Source: Vulcanimicrobiota bacterium (lineage in GTDB: Bacteria > Vulcanimicrobiota > Vulcanimicrobiia > Vulcanimicrobiales > Vulcanimicrobiaceae). From it: a stretch of 45,309 nt of DNA. Position 1 is the stretch's first letter; each line of letters begins with the position of its first letter. The position numbers and the translations under genes are program-made. The notes below the pieces were generated by a model. It ran no database searches, had not been told where the DNA came from, and was given only the letters and a program-made list of their open reading frames with translations. The DNA lies in the NCBI GenBank assembly GCA_003135555.1, contig PLCF01000025.1, forward strand, positions 1-45,309, given 5' to 3'. Of the stretch, positions 26,937-36,673 are shown in pieces.

Positions 26937-27809
26937 GTGATCCCGCGTTCCCTCGCGCTCGCCGCCCTCGCGCTCGCAGCGTGTGCGCGTCCGAGTGCGA
27001 TCGACCTGCACCCGAGCCGCATCACGGTGAGCGTCTCGGGCGAGAGCCGGCCGTTCAAACGCGTCGTCTCACTGGTGCCGTCGGTAACCGAGGACCTTTT
27101 CGCCGTCGGCGCCGGCGCGACGGTGCTGGGCGTGTCGGAGTACACCGACTATCCGCCGCGCGCGCAGCGTTTGCCGGTCGTTGCGACGTTCGCCTCGATC
27201 GCCACCGAACGGATCGTCGCGCTCCATCCCGACGTGGCGATCGGGATCACGGCGCAAGACCGGCTCGCGGGCGATCTGCGGCGCGCCGGCGTGAACGTCG
27301 TGCTGCTCCACGATGACAGCTTCGCCGACATCTTCGCGAACCTCGTCGAGCTCGGCGCAATGACCGGTCACGAACGGGATGCGAAAGCGCTCGTCGCCCG
27401 GCTGCACGCGCGCACCGCCGCGCTGGTGCGAACGGTGAAGCGGCGCGGTTCAAAACCGGCAGTCTTCGTGGTGCTCGGTACCGCCCCGGTGTTCACGGTT
27501 GGCGCAGGCTCGTACATCGCGAACCTGATCGAGATGGCCGGCGGCCGCAACGCCGCCGGCGACATCCGAGCCGCGTATGCGCGCTACAGTGCCGAAGCGC
27601 TCGTCGCGCGCCAGCCCGATCTGCTCATCGTCGACCCGACGGTGCGCCTCAACGACGTGCTCGGTCAGGCGCCCTGGAACGCACTGCGCGCAGTGCAGCG
27701 CCACCGCGTCTACACGCTACCCGACGCCGCGATCCTCGAGCGCCCCGGCCCACGCTACAATGAAGGGCTAAGCTGGCTGATCGCGACCCTCGACCAGGCC
27801 GGACGCTAA
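26937..27809 (+). CDS. btuF: Cobalamin-binding lipoprotein
   Basis: LAAC lipobox, RVVSLVPSVTE.LFA.G, ILERPGPR. Confidence 0.88.
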   Translation: MIPRSLALAALALAACARPSAIDLHPSRITVSVSGESRPFKRVVSLVPSVTEDLFAVGAGATVLGVSEYTDYPPRAQRLPVVATFASIATERIVALHPDVAIGITAQDRLAGDLRRAGVNVVLLHDDSFADIFANLVELGAMTGHERDAKALVARLHARTAALVRTVKRRGSKPAVFVVLGTAPVFTVGAGSYIANLIEMAGGRNAAGDIRAAYARYSAEALVARQPDLLIVDPTVRLNDVLGQAPWNALRAVQRHRVYTLPDAAILERPGPRYNEGLSWLIATLDQAGR

Positions 27810-27810
27810 G

Positions 27811-28059
27811 CTACAACAGATCACGCAGGCGCTCGACCGACAGGCCGGCTTCGTCGAGGATCGCAGCAAGCGTCTTCGGCTTGAGAATCTGACCGCTGTG
27901 AAGCGGGATCGTGACGGAATGTGAACCATCGGCAGAACGGAGTCGAATGTGGCTACCGGATTGTCGTAATACACGAAAATGAGCGCGGAGGAGCACCCGC
28001 AACACCTCAGCCGATGTTACGCGGGGCTGCCTGAGCGCCGAGAAGGTCGGCGCAGCCAT
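27811..28059 (-). CDS. hicA: HicA-family toxin
   Basis: RQSGSHI, VTIPLH, LKPKTLAAIL. Alternative start at 28071. Confidence 0.9.
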   Translation of the reverse strand: MAAPTFSALRQPRVTSAEVLRVLLRAHFRVLRQSGSHIRLRSADGSHSVTIPLHSGQILKPKTLAAILDEAGLSVERLRDLL

Positions 28060-28076
28060 TGAGAAGCCCACGGTGG

Positions 28077-28298
28077 TTACGAGACCGCGACGTCAATCGT
28101 AAACAGCTTCGCCCCGTCGGTGAGGGTGGGCCGATCGCCTTCCGAGGCCAAAGTCAGGGCAATGGCGTCACGGGCGTTCTCCAACGCCTCCTCGACCGTC
28201 TCACCTTGAGTGATCACGCCAGGAAGACTTGGAACAAGGACCGTGAACCCACCATCCACATCGGGTTCCAACACAACGGCGAATTGACATGTTGCCAT
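28077..28298 (-). CDS. hicB: Short HicB-family antitoxin
   Basis: GGFTVLVPSLPGVITQGETVEEALENARDAI. Confidence 0.9.
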   Translation of the reverse strand: MATCQFAVVLEPDVDGGFTVLVPSLPGVITQGETVEEALENARDAIALTLASEGDRPTLTDGAKLFTIDVAVS

Positions 28299-28356
28299 AT
28301 AGAGAATCATACCACATTGTGCCAATCTCCAACCCCGCCGCCGAAACAGTACAAAC

Positions 28357-29460
28357 GTGAACGAAAACCGTCGCCTTCATCCATCCGTCGCGGCGCCGCA
28401 GCGGGCCTTTGTCGTCGCCGTCGATCTGCAAGATCCTCAGCGCCCGCTCGCGCCCGAGCTGGCCGAGTTCGTCGCGCTCGCCAAAGCGGCCGGTGCAATC
28501 GTGGTCGGCGAAATCGTGCAGAAGCTGGCGCGCGTCGATCCCGCGACGTTGATCGGCAGCGGTAAGGCGCTCGAAGTAGCCGAGCGTGCGCAGGAACTGC
28601 GGGCCGACGTGCTGTTCGTGTTCAACGATCTGCGCCCGCGCCAGCGCAACAACCTCGAAAAGGTGATCCCGCTTCCGATCGTCGACCGCACGATGCTCAT
28701 CCTCGACATCTTCGCTCAGCACGCGCGGTCGCGCGAAGGCCAGCTGCAGGTCGAGCTCGCGCAGCTGCGCTACCGGCAGTCGAACCTCATCGGCGCGGGC
28801 GAGGCGCTGTCGCGCTTGGGCGGCGGCGTCGGTACGCGCGGCCCCGGCGAGACCAAGCTGGAAGTCGACCGTCGCAAGATCCAGCAGCGCGTCTCGTTGC
28901 TGCAGGCGCAGCTCGAAACCGTTCGCAAACAGCGCGAAACACGGCGCGCGGGCCGCAACCGCGACCCGTTCGTTGCACTTGTCGGCTACACCAACGTCGG
29001 CAAGTCGTCGTTGCTCAACCGGCTGGCGGGCTCGGGCCAAGGGGAGGGCGCGTTCGTCGCCGACCAGCCGTTCGCGACGCTCGACCCGACGCTGCGCCGC
29101 GCCTACGTCGCGCCGGGCGTGAACGTGCGGCTCGCCGATACCGTCGGGTTCATCACGGCGCTCCCGCAGGAGCTGATGAACGCGTTCCGCGCGACCCTCG
29201 AAGAGCTCGACGCCGCCGACCTGCTGCTGCACGTCCACGACGCGGCGAATCCGGACTGGCCGCGTCAGAAGGCCTCCGTGGAAACGATCCTGGGGGAGCT
29301 CAAGCTGGGCGAGAAGCCCACCATCGAGGTGTTCAACAAAGTCGACCGCCTCGACGCCGGTGCCCGGGCCGTGCTGGCGCCCGACGGGATCGAGGTCAGC
29401 GCGCGCAACGGCGACGGGATCGACGCGCTGCGAGCGGCGATCGCGAAGCGTTTGGAATGA
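28357..29460 (+). CDS. hflX: GTPase HflX
   Basis: LILDIFAQHA, GTRGPGETKLE, GYTNVGKS, FATLDPT, DTVGF, NKVD. Confidence 0.96.
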   Translation: MNENRRLHPSVAAPQRAFVVAVDLQDPQRPLAPELAEFVALAKAAGAIVVGEIVQKLARVDPATLIGSGKALEVAERAQELRADVLFVFNDLRPRQRNNLEKVIPLPIVDRTMLILDIFAQHARSREGQLQVELAQLRYRQSNLIGAGEALSRLGGGVGTRGPGETKLEVDRRKIQQRVSLLQAQLETVRKQRETRRAGRNRDPFVALVGYTNVGKSSLLNRLAGSGQGEGAFVADQPFATLDPTLRRAYVAPGVNVRLADTVGFITALPQELMNAFRATLEELDAADLLLHVHDAANPDWPRQKASVETILGELKLGEKPTIEVFNKVDRLDAGARAVLAPDGIEVSARNGDGIDALRAAIAKRLE

Positions 29461-30182
29461 AGTACTTCCTCACCGCGCTCGCCGTGGGCGCCGTGCTCGC
29501 GGGTTGCAGCGGACGCGCCGATCGCGCTGCGGGGCCGCCGCGCGACCGCTACGTCGTCGCCTACGAAGAGCTGCACCCGTCGGTCGTGTTCTTCACCATG
29601 AAGATTCCCGCCCAGGATCCCAAGCGGAAGGGCGAGTGGGACGATGCCTACGGGAGCGGGGTCGTGGTCGAGAGCGGAGCCTGGGGCTCGCGCATCCTCA
29701 CCGACGCACACGTGGTCGAGGGTGCGCGCAATCTCGTCGCGACGATCGGCGACGGACCGCATGCGCCGGCGCGCGTCGTCGCGCGAACCGGGCAGAACGA
29801 AGACCTCGCGATCGTCGACGTGCGGCTCAAGAATCAAAAGGCGGCGCGGCTCGGGAGCACGGCGTACCTCCGTCCCGGCACTGCGATCGGCGTGCTGGGG
29901 TACCCGATCCCCGACGCGTTCGACGACGAGCACCTCGGCCGCACCGTCTCGTTGTACAGCGGCCGCGTCGCGAGCCTGCGTCCGGGAGCGCTCGAGATCG
30001 ACGTCCCGATCATCCCGGGCGAGAGCGGTGGCCCGGTCTTCGACGTGAACACCGGCGACGTCATCGGCATCGCGGAGTCGCGTTTCGAAGAGGAACGCGC
30101 GATCGGCTTCGCCACCCCGATCGACGCCGCGACGCGGTTTCTCGCCGCGCACCCGCGCACGGAAGCCGCATCGCGCCGCTGA
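29457..30182 (+). CDS. Trypsin-like (S1) serine protease lipoprotein
   Basis: LAGC lipobox and catalytic triad TDAHVV, DLA, GESGG. Confidence 0.88.
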   Translation: MKYFLTALAVGAVLAGCSGRADRAAGPPRDRYVVAYEELHPSVVFFTMKIPAQDPKRKGEWDDAYGSGVVVESGAWGSRILTDAHVVEGARNLVATIGDGPHAPARVVARTGQNEDLAIVDVRLKNQKAARLGSTAYLRPGTAIGVLGYPIPDAFDDEHLGRTVSLYSGRVASLRPGALEIDVPIIPGESGGPVFDVNTGDVIGIAESRFEEERAIGFATPIDAATRFLAAHPRTEAASRR

Positions 30183-30211
30183 GCCGGTGACGTGGAAGGA
30201 GCGCTGTTACG

Positions 30212-31294
30212 TCAGCGCGGCGCGCCGACGTTGACGTGGGCGCGGATGCGCGAGCGGTCGCCGATCCAGCGCGCCGGCGGGATCCGCCACCAGCGCGCCA
30301 TCGTGTCGAGTTGCGTCGCGTAGCCGGCGCGCTTCTGGGCGAACGCGGGCCACGCGTCTTCGAGCGGATGGAGCGGTGCGCCCAGCTCGCCTAACGTCCG
30401 GTACGCGGTGGCGAACTCGTCGAACTCGACCCCCGCGGCGTCGCCGGCCGGGAGCCTGAAGAAGCCGGTGAAATCGCGCACCAGATGCGAGCCCAAGCGC
30501 AGGGTGATCTCGGCCTGGCCGCGGTGGTCGGCGTCGAGCGTGGTGATGAGCAGCGTGGAGGCGTCCAGCAGTGCGCCCAGCGTTCCGACCCACGACTCGT
30601 CGTCGTGGCTGGACCGAAAATAGGTCAGCACCGGATAGGCGAGGTGCGTCTCCATCACCTCGGCGATCCACTGCTGCGCTTCGCGCAAGATCGGCCCAAG
30701 GTCGCTCATGAGGCCGAGCTTCACGTGCCGAATGACGAACTCCAGGCCGCTGGGCGGCGCGCCGGTGCGCTCCGAGATCGTCACGACGAAGGCTTCGCGC
30801 TTCTGGAACGCCGCGAACGTCTGGAACAGGAAGGTCGCGACGATCGCGATGGTCGCCAGCCCGCCGCCGGCGGCGACGAGCGCGAGCAGACGCGTGTACC
30901 AGTGCAGCGGTACGATGTCGCCGTAGCCGATCGTCATCAGCGAGGTTCCGGCAAAGTAGATCGCCCCGCCCAGATGCGGCTCGGGCTGGAGCCCGGCGCG
31001 CAGCGCCCAGAAGATCAGCCCGTAGCCCACGATCTGCGAGAACACCCAATAGGCGAGCAGCGTCATCATGAAGGTCGGCGCGAAGATCGCGAGCGTGTCT
31101 TCGCGGCGCTCTTGATCGGCGATGCGCATCGCGCCGTCGCGCCAGAGCCGCCAACCCAGGCGCACCATGAGTACGCTGGGCCGAAAACGCCCGCCGACCG
31201 AGCGCGGGACGACCACCGACTGGAACAGGTCGGCCAGCGACCAGACCACCAGCGCCGCGCCGGCGAGCGCGGCTAGCACATCGAGCAGGATCAT
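30212..31294 (-). CDS. Potassium channel family protein
   Basis: TIGYGD selectivity filter and [14 protein letters not shown]. Start at ATG 31294. Confidence 0.88.
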   Translation of the reverse strand: MILLDVLAALAGAALVVWSLADLFQSVVVPRSVGGRFRPSVLMVRLGWRLWRDGAMRIADQERREDTLAIFAPTFMMTLLAYWVFSQIVGYGLIFWALRAGLQPEPHLGGAIYFAGTSLMTIGYGDIVPLHWYTRLLALVAAGGGLATIAIVATFLFQTFAAFQKREAFVVTISERTGAPPSGLEFVIRHVKLGLMSDLGPILREAQQWIAEVMETHLAYPVLTYFRSSHDDESWVGTLGALLDASTLLITTLDADHRGQAEITLRLGSHLVRDFTGFFRLPAGDAAGVEFDEFATAYRTLGELGAPLHPLEDAWPAFAQKRAGYATQLDTMARWWRIPPARWIGDRSRIRAHVNVGAPR

Positions 31295-31340
31295 CGAGAT
31301 TGTGGACCCGCGCGGACCGCCGGCGGTTGGCCCGCTCCGG

Positions 31341-31688
31341 CTAGAGTCCCGTGGTCGACTGCAGGCCGATGACGCCGAGGTTGATCGGGTCACCCTTGCG
31401 CACCACCACCGGCGCCGAGTAGGTGTTGAACCCCGGCGAGCTGATGGAGATCGTCTGCGTCCCGGTCGGCACGTTGTTCAGGGTGAACATCCCCTTGTCG
31501 GACGGGGAGAGCCGGTTGACCTGGAGGCCGATCTGGATCGTCGCCGTGTTGACCGGCTCGGTCGGATGGGCAGCGTCGACGACCGTGCCCACGATCGTGT
31601 TGGTGTCGGTCACCCCTTGCCCGTTGGGGTTGGGCGCGCAGGCCGCCAGCAGCGCAAACAGCGCCAGGACGGAGGCACGCCGGGTCAC
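31341..31688 (-). CDS. Lipoprotein with carboxypeptidase-regulatory-like domain
   Basis: LAAC lipobox, [24 protein letters not shown]. Confidence 0.78.
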   Translation of the reverse strand: MTRRASVLALFALLAACAPNPNGQGVTDTNTIVGTVVDAAHPTEPVNTATIQIGLQVNRLSPSDKGMFTLNNVPTGTQTISISSPGFNTYSAPVVVRKGDPINLGVIGLQSTTGL

Positions 31689-31710
31689 GTTCGTGTATAT
31701 TCTCAGGTCG

Positions 31711-32064
31711 ATGTCCCCCTACGGTCCGGTCGCTATCTATCTCGCGGTTGCGTTCGCCGCCGCCCTTGGGTTCAGCATCCTGCCTGGGCTGTTCGCTCGC
31801 AAGAAGCCCAACCCGGTCAAGTCCGAAGCGTACGAGTGCGGTGTCGAACCGACCTCCGACGTCTCGGGCCGGTTTCCGGTCCGCTTCTACCTGATCGCGA
31901 TGCTGTTCGTGATCTTCGACGTCGAGGCGGCCTCGTTCTACCCCTGGGCCGTGCAGATGCACCAGCTGCGCCTCTTCGGCCTGGCCGAGATGCTCTCGTT
32001 CGTCATCGTGCTGGCGATTGGGTATGCCTACGTCTGGAAGCGAGGCGGTTTCGAATGGCGTTAG
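31711..32064 (+). CDS. nuoA: NADH-quinone oxidoreductase subunit A
   Basis: [23 protein letters not shown]. Confidence 0.95.
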   Translation: MSPYGPVAIYLAVAFAAALGFSILPGLFARKKPNPVKSEAYECGVEPTSDVSGRFPVRFYLIAMLFVIFDVEAASFYPWAVQMHQLRLFGLAEMLSFVIVLAIGYAYVWKRGGFEWR

Positions 32065-32537
32065 GCAGCGGCGGCGACTTCATGCTCACCACCGTCGATT
32101 CGGTCGCCCGTTGGGCCCAGTCGTCGAGCGTGTGGCCCCTCACCATGGGCCTGGCCTGTTGCGCGATCGAGATGATGACCGCGACGGCCCCCGAGTACGA
32201 CATGGCCCGCTTCGGCTCCGAAGTCTTTCGGGCCTCACCGCGCCAGGCCGACCTCATGATCGTCTCGGGGCGCGTCGCGCGCAAGATGGGGCCGATCGTG
32301 AAGCGCCTCTACGACCAGATGGCCGATCCCAAGTGGGTCATCTCGATGGGTGCCTGCGCGTCGAGCGGCGGCGTGTTCGACAACTACGCGATCGTGCAGG
32401 GCGTCGACACCATCATCCCGGTGGACGTCTACGTTCCGGGCTGCCCGCCGACGCCCGACGGTCTGCTCTACGCGGTGAACCTCATCCAGCAGCAGATCAA
32501 ACAAGGCGGCCGGGGCGGAATCCTCGCGCGAGCATAA
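32055..32537 (+). CDS. nuoB: NADH-quinone oxidoreductase subunit B
   Basis: [26 protein letters not shown]. Confidence 0.96.
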   Translation: MALGSGGDFMLTTVDSVARWAQSSSVWPLTMGLACCAIEMMTATAPEYDMARFGSEVFRASPRQADLMIVSGRVARKMGPIVKRLYDQMADPKWVISMGACASSGGVFDNYAIVQGVDTIIPVDVYVPGCPPTPDGLLYAVNLIQQQIKQGGRGGILARA

Positions 32538-33163
32538 TGCCAAGCACGCAGACTCCGCCGGTCGGGACGACCGCACTCGACCCGACCGCGGTTCGGCCCG
32601 ACATCGCCGACGCGCGCGTCGTGCGCGTGACGCCGGCGGAGCTGCGCGCGACCCTCGACGGCCTACGCGCCGGCGGGTTCGCGATGTTGCTCGACATCGG
32701 CGGCGTCGACTATCTCGGCCGCGAGCCGGCGCGCTTCGACGTCGTCTACCATCTCTTGCGGCTGGCCGCGCAAAACGCGACCGTCGCCGAAGTCGGCACG
32801 CCGGAGCGCGTGCGGGTGCTGTGTGCCGTGCGCGAAGACGCGGCGGTCGTGCCGACGATCACCGACCTGTGGCCCAGCGCGGACTGGGCCGAACGCGAGA
32901 TCTTCGACCTCTACGGCATCCGCTTCGACGGCCACCCCGACTTGCGGCGCATCCAAATGCCCGACGATTGGGAAGGCCATCCGTTGCGCAAGGACTACCC
33001 GTTGCGCGGGCCGGCGCGCGAACGCACCCCACGCCCGTCGTTCGCGCTCAAGTCGAACGTCGCTGCGGGCACACCGGCCTCGGGCAAGACCGCCGCGGCG
33101 CTGCAGAAGCAGATCGCGCAGGCACGCGGCGGCTCGAACCAGCCCAAGGACGGCACCCCGTGA
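32537..33163 (+). CDS. nuoC: NADH-quinone oxidoreductase subunit C
   Basis: EREIFDLYGI.F.GHPDLRRI, GHPLRKDYP. Confidence 0.95.
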   Translation: MPSTQTPPVGTTALDPTAVRPDIADARVVRVTPAELRATLDGLRAGGFAMLLDIGGVDYLGREPARFDVVYHLLRLAAQNATVAEVGTPERVRVLCAVREDAAVVPTITDLWPSADWAEREIFDLYGIRFDGHPDLRRIQMPDDWEGHPLRKDYPLRGPARERTPRPSFALKSNVAAGTPASGKTAAALQKQIAQARGGSNQPKDGTP

Positions 33164-34392
33164 CGACCCCGGACGTCATGCCCGACGCAGCATACTCGGT
33201 CGACGTCATCGAGCGTACCGACAATCGGATGGTGCTGTCGCTGGGACCGCAACACCCGTCGACCCACGGCGTGCTGCAGGTCGTCACCGAGATCGAAGGC
33301 GAGATCATCACCAAGGCGTCGCCCGAGATCGGCTACTTGCACACCGGGATCGAGAAGAGCGCCGAGAACCTGTTCTGGTCGCAGGCATCCACCGTGATCG
33401 AGCGGATGGACTACCTGTCGCCGCTCACCAATGCCCTGTGCTATTACCTGGCGGTCGAGAAGCTGCTCGGCATCGACGCGGCGATCCCACGGCGCGCGAA
33501 CCAGGTTCGCGTCCTGTTCAGCGAGCTGTCGCGGATCGCTTCGCACTGCGTGTGGCTGGGCACCGGCGGGATCGACATCGGCGCGCTCACCCCGTTTTTC
33601 TATTGCTTCGACATGCGCGAGCGCATCTTGGATCTGTTCGAGATGTCGGGCGGTGCGCGCATGCACCCCAACTACATCCGCGTCGGCGGCCTACGCGACG
33701 ATCTGCCTGAAGGCTTCCTGGGCAAGCTCGACGGCGTGATCGCGACGTACGAGCCGCGGATGCGTGACCTGCGCGGGCTGCTGCAGAAGAACCCGATCTT
33801 CCAGGACCGGACGATCGACATCGGCATCATCGACACCGCCGACGCGGTCGCGTGGGGGCTCACCGGCCCGGTGCTGCGTGCCAGCGGGATCGCGTACGAC
33901 GTGCGCAAGGCGTTTCCGTACAGCGGCTACGACGAGTACGAGTTCGACGTGCCGACGCGCACCGAGGGCGACGCCTACGCACGCTTCTTGGTGCGCCTGG
34001 ACGAGATGGACGAAGCGATGCGGATCGTGCGCCAAGTGCGCCGCAGACTCGACGAGCCCGGTCCGGTGCAAATCCCCGATACCAAGTTCGTGCCGCCCCC
34101 CAAAGAGACGATCGCGCTGTCGATGGAGGCGCTGATCCATCACTTCAAGCTGGTGTCGGAATCGTTTCGCGTGCCGCCCGGCGACGTCTATCAAGCCGTC
34201 GAGGGACCGCGCGGCGAGCTCGGGTACTACGTCGTCTCCAACGGCGACAACCGGCCCTGGCGGGTGCGCACGCGGCCGCCCTCGATGTACAACTTACAGG
34301 TGCTCAAGAAGCTCGCGGTCGGCGAGCTGATCGCCGACATGGTGGTCTGCATCGGCTCGCTGGACCCCGTCTTCGGCGAAGTCGACCGCTAA
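33160..34392 (+). CDS. nuoD: NADH-quinone oxidoreductase subunit D
   Basis: GPQHPSTHGVL, GYLHTG, ERMDY, EGPRGE, GEVDR. Confidence 0.96.
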   Translation: MTTPDVMPDAAYSVDVIERTDNRMVLSLGPQHPSTHGVLQVVTEIEGEIITKASPEIGYLHTGIEKSAENLFWSQASTVIERMDYLSPLTNALCYYLAVEKLLGIDAAIPRRANQVRVLFSELSRIASHCVWLGTGGIDIGALTPFFYCFDMRERILDLFEMSGGARMHPNYIRVGGLRDDLPEGFLGKLDGVIATYEPRMRDLRGLLQKNPIFQDRTIDIGIIDTADAVAWGLTGPVLRASGIAYDVRKAFPYSGYDEYEFDVPTRTEGDAYARFLVRLDEMDEAMRIVRQVRRRLDEPGPVQIPDTKFVPPPKETIALSMEALIHHFKLVSESFRVPPGDVYQAVEGPRGELGYYVVSNGDNRPWRVRTRPPSMYNLQVLKKLAVGELIADMVVCIGSLDPVFGEVDR

Positions 34393-34398
34393 CGCCGC

Positions 34399-34512
34399 TT
34401 AGTCCCGGGCGCCCAGGGTGAAGCGTTCCACGAGGCTCTGGAGCGTCTCGGCTTGGGTCCGAACGTGTCGTGCCGTCACCGCGATCTGGTTCGTTTGCGC
34501 GGCTAACTCGGG
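34399..34512 (-). pseudogene. C-terminal remnant resembling a methyl-accepting chemotaxis protein
   Basis: ELAAQTNQIAVTARHVRTQAETLQSLVERF* resembles MCP termini. It has no start of its own. Confidence 0.55.
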
Positions 34513-34699
34513 ACGTGTTGGCGATGACGTGCGTGTAGGTCGTGACGCCGGCGGCGGCGGCGTAGTCGATGGTCGTCTCGAGCGCGTTGGCCGAGTTCCA
34601 CCAGCCCGTGGTCTGCCACAGCCCCTTGACGTCGTCATAGAAACCCGCCAGCGTCGCTAGCGCCGCGTCGGCCCGACTACGATACTTTCCAACTGCCAC
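34513..34699 (-). pseudogene. N-terminal remnant of glycoside hydrolase family 76
   Basis: FYDDVKGLWQTTGWWNSANALETTIDY. Similarity ends after about 62 codons. Confidence 0.7.
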
Positions 34700-34736
34700 C
34701 GCACGTCCTCACCCGCGAGACCGTTCGACCGGTCCG

Positions 34737-35279
34737 CTATTTGATGGTGTCGGCTCCGGCCTTGCAGACCGTCGCATCCTGGTCACCGGTGCCGCCGCTG
34801 CAGCCGACCGCGCCGATGATCTTACCGGCCTCGATCAGCGGAAAACCACCCGGCGACGCGACGAGTCCAGGGTCGAGCGTGTGCACGTATTCATGACCCG
34901 TCTCGAACGCGTTGTAGAAGGCGCGGCTCTCGCGGCGGAAGCGCGCAGCCGTCCGCGCCTTACCTTGCGAGATCGAGATCGATCCGAACTGGGTGCCGTC
35001 CATCCGGTAGAAGTAGACGAGCTCGCCCGACACGTCGACCACCGTGATCGCAAACCTCCAGGTGGGATGCTTGCCGGCCTCGGCCAGCACGGCGGCGACC
35101 ACCTTCGCGGCGCGATCCGCGGTGATCGACGTCCCGTAGGGCGTAGCGAAGGGCATCTGTTCGGGCGTTCCGCCCGACGGCGGCTGGGTCGGGGCCGGCG
35201 CGGGAGCGGTCTGCGCGAGCGCCTGAGCGCCGAGCAGCATCGCAGCACCAAACATCAAGGACGTCGTCAACAAGCGCAT
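34737..35279 (-). CDS. GlcG/HbpS-family heme-binding protein, secreted
   Basis: ITVVD.SG, KARTA, GGFPL...GAVGCSGG. GGAGG RBS. Confidence 0.88.
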   Translation of the reverse strand: MRLLTTSLMFGAAMLLGAQALAQTAPAPAPTQPPSGGTPEQMPFATPYGTSITADRAAKVVAAVLAEAGKHPTWRFAITVVDVSGELVYFYRMDGTQFGSISISQGKARTAARFRRESRAFYNAFETGHEYVHTLDPGLVASPGGFPLIEAGKIIGAVGCSGGTGDQDATVCKAGADTIK

Positions 35280-35337
35280 CGGTAACCTCCGGAGCCAGGA
35301 CTTCCAGGGCTAGCTTGCTTCGCCTGCAGGCCGTTCT

Positions 35338-36666
35338 TCAACGTTGCGGAGCGGTCGTCGCCAAACGTTCGAGCCGCGCGCGGGCGTCGGCGGCGCCGTC
35401 GGGGTGGAACTGCGGGTTGAGCGCGAGCGCGAGTTGCAATCGCCGCACGGCATCGGCGCGGTCGCCGGTCTCCATGGCGATCACGCCGGCGTGGTACTGC
35501 AAGCGCGCGTCTTGCGTGTTACGCCGCACCGCCTTGCGCGCGGCGCTGCGCGCGTCGTCCCAGCGGCCGTCGCGCGCGAGCGCCCACGCCAACGTGTCCT
35601 CGGCGAACACGTCGTCGCGGGCGGCGACGTCGCGGCGCGCGATCGCGACGGTCTCGTCGGGCCGCTCGTGGTGATCGGCGAAGTAGAGCGCCAAAGCCCG
35701 GTCGGCCGGCGCACCGGCTGTGCCGATGCGCGCGATCGCCGCGATGAGATCGTCGGTCGATCGCGCCGCCGCCTCGTCGCCCAATGCGCGTTGCGCGTCG
35801 GCTTTGTAGCCCAGCGTCTCGGGGAGCGGGACCACGTCGGCGGCCCGCGTCGCGGCTTCGAGCGCGGCGGGCCATCGGCGTTCGCCCCAATACATGCGGG
35901 CCAGCCCGTTTTGTGCACGCGAATAGTTCGGCAGGATCGCGAGCGCCTCGCGAAAGCGGCGCTCGGCAGTCGTGCCGTCGCCCGACGTCCAGGCCAGCTC
36001 GCCGGACCGGAAGTGATACCACGCCCGCGTCTCAGCCGGGCTGTCGATGATGCTGTCGGTCTGCGCCAGGGCGAGGTCGATCAGCTTGCGTGCCGTCGCG
36101 ACGCTGCCGCAGAGTTCGTCGTAGCGCGCCAGGGTTGGGTAGAGCCCGGCGTCGATCTCGCGCCCCGCGTGTACGGAGCGCAGCCGCCGGTCGGCCTCGT
36201 CGTAGCGCCCGAGCTCGACGAGCGTTCCCGCGACGTGCGCGACGGCATTGGTGTTGCCGGGCTCGATGCGCACGGCGCGCTCCGCGTGGCTGAGCCCGTC
36301 GCGGAAACGGTGCAGCGAGACCAGTGCCGTTGCCAGCGCTAGCTCGGCGCCGGTGTTGAAGCGAGGCTGGAGCGCGAGCGATTGCTCGGCCGCGCGTTGT
36401 GCCCGCGCCAGGTCGCCGGCGTCGCCGCGTTCGCGGAAGCGTTGCAGGTACTGCGACGCCAGCAGCCGCGTGACGATTTGATCGGGGTGTCGGCGCACGG
36501 CGTCTTCATAGAAGGCGACGAGCCGGCCGCGCTGGAGGTAGTCCGCGAGCACGGGCGCAGGCGTCGGGGTCGACGCCTGCGCCGTGCGCGTCTCGACGAA
36601 GCGTGGCCACGCGGCGAGGCCGATGACGGCCAGCGCCGCGAGGACCACCAAGGGTCGAGCGTTCAT
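35338..36666 (-). CDS. Tetratricopeptide repeat protein with N-terminal anchor
   Basis: Multiple TPR-like helices, YHAG.IA...ALALNPQF. Typical partner of DUF4331. Confidence 0.85.
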   Translation of the reverse strand: MNARPLVVLAALAVIGLAAWPRFVETRTAQASTPTPAPVLADYLQRGRLVAFYEDAVRRHPDQIVTRLLASQYLQRFRERGDAGDLARAQRAAEQSLALQPRFNTGAELALATALVSLHRFRDGLSHAERAVRIEPGNTNAVAHVAGTLVELGRYDEADRRLRSVHAGREIDAGLYPTLARYDELCGSVATARKLIDLALAQTDSIIDSPAETRAWYHFRSGELAWTSGDGTTAERRFREALAILPNYSRAQNGLARMYWGERRWPAALEAATRAADVVPLPETLGYKADAQRALGDEAAARSTDDLIAAIARIGTAGAPADRALALYFADHHERPDETVAIARRDVAARDDVFAEDTLAWALARDGRWDDARSAARKAVRRNTQDARLQYHAGVIAMETGDRADAVRRLQLALALNPQFHPDGAADARARLERLATTAPQR

Positions 36667-36673
36667 TCCGAAC

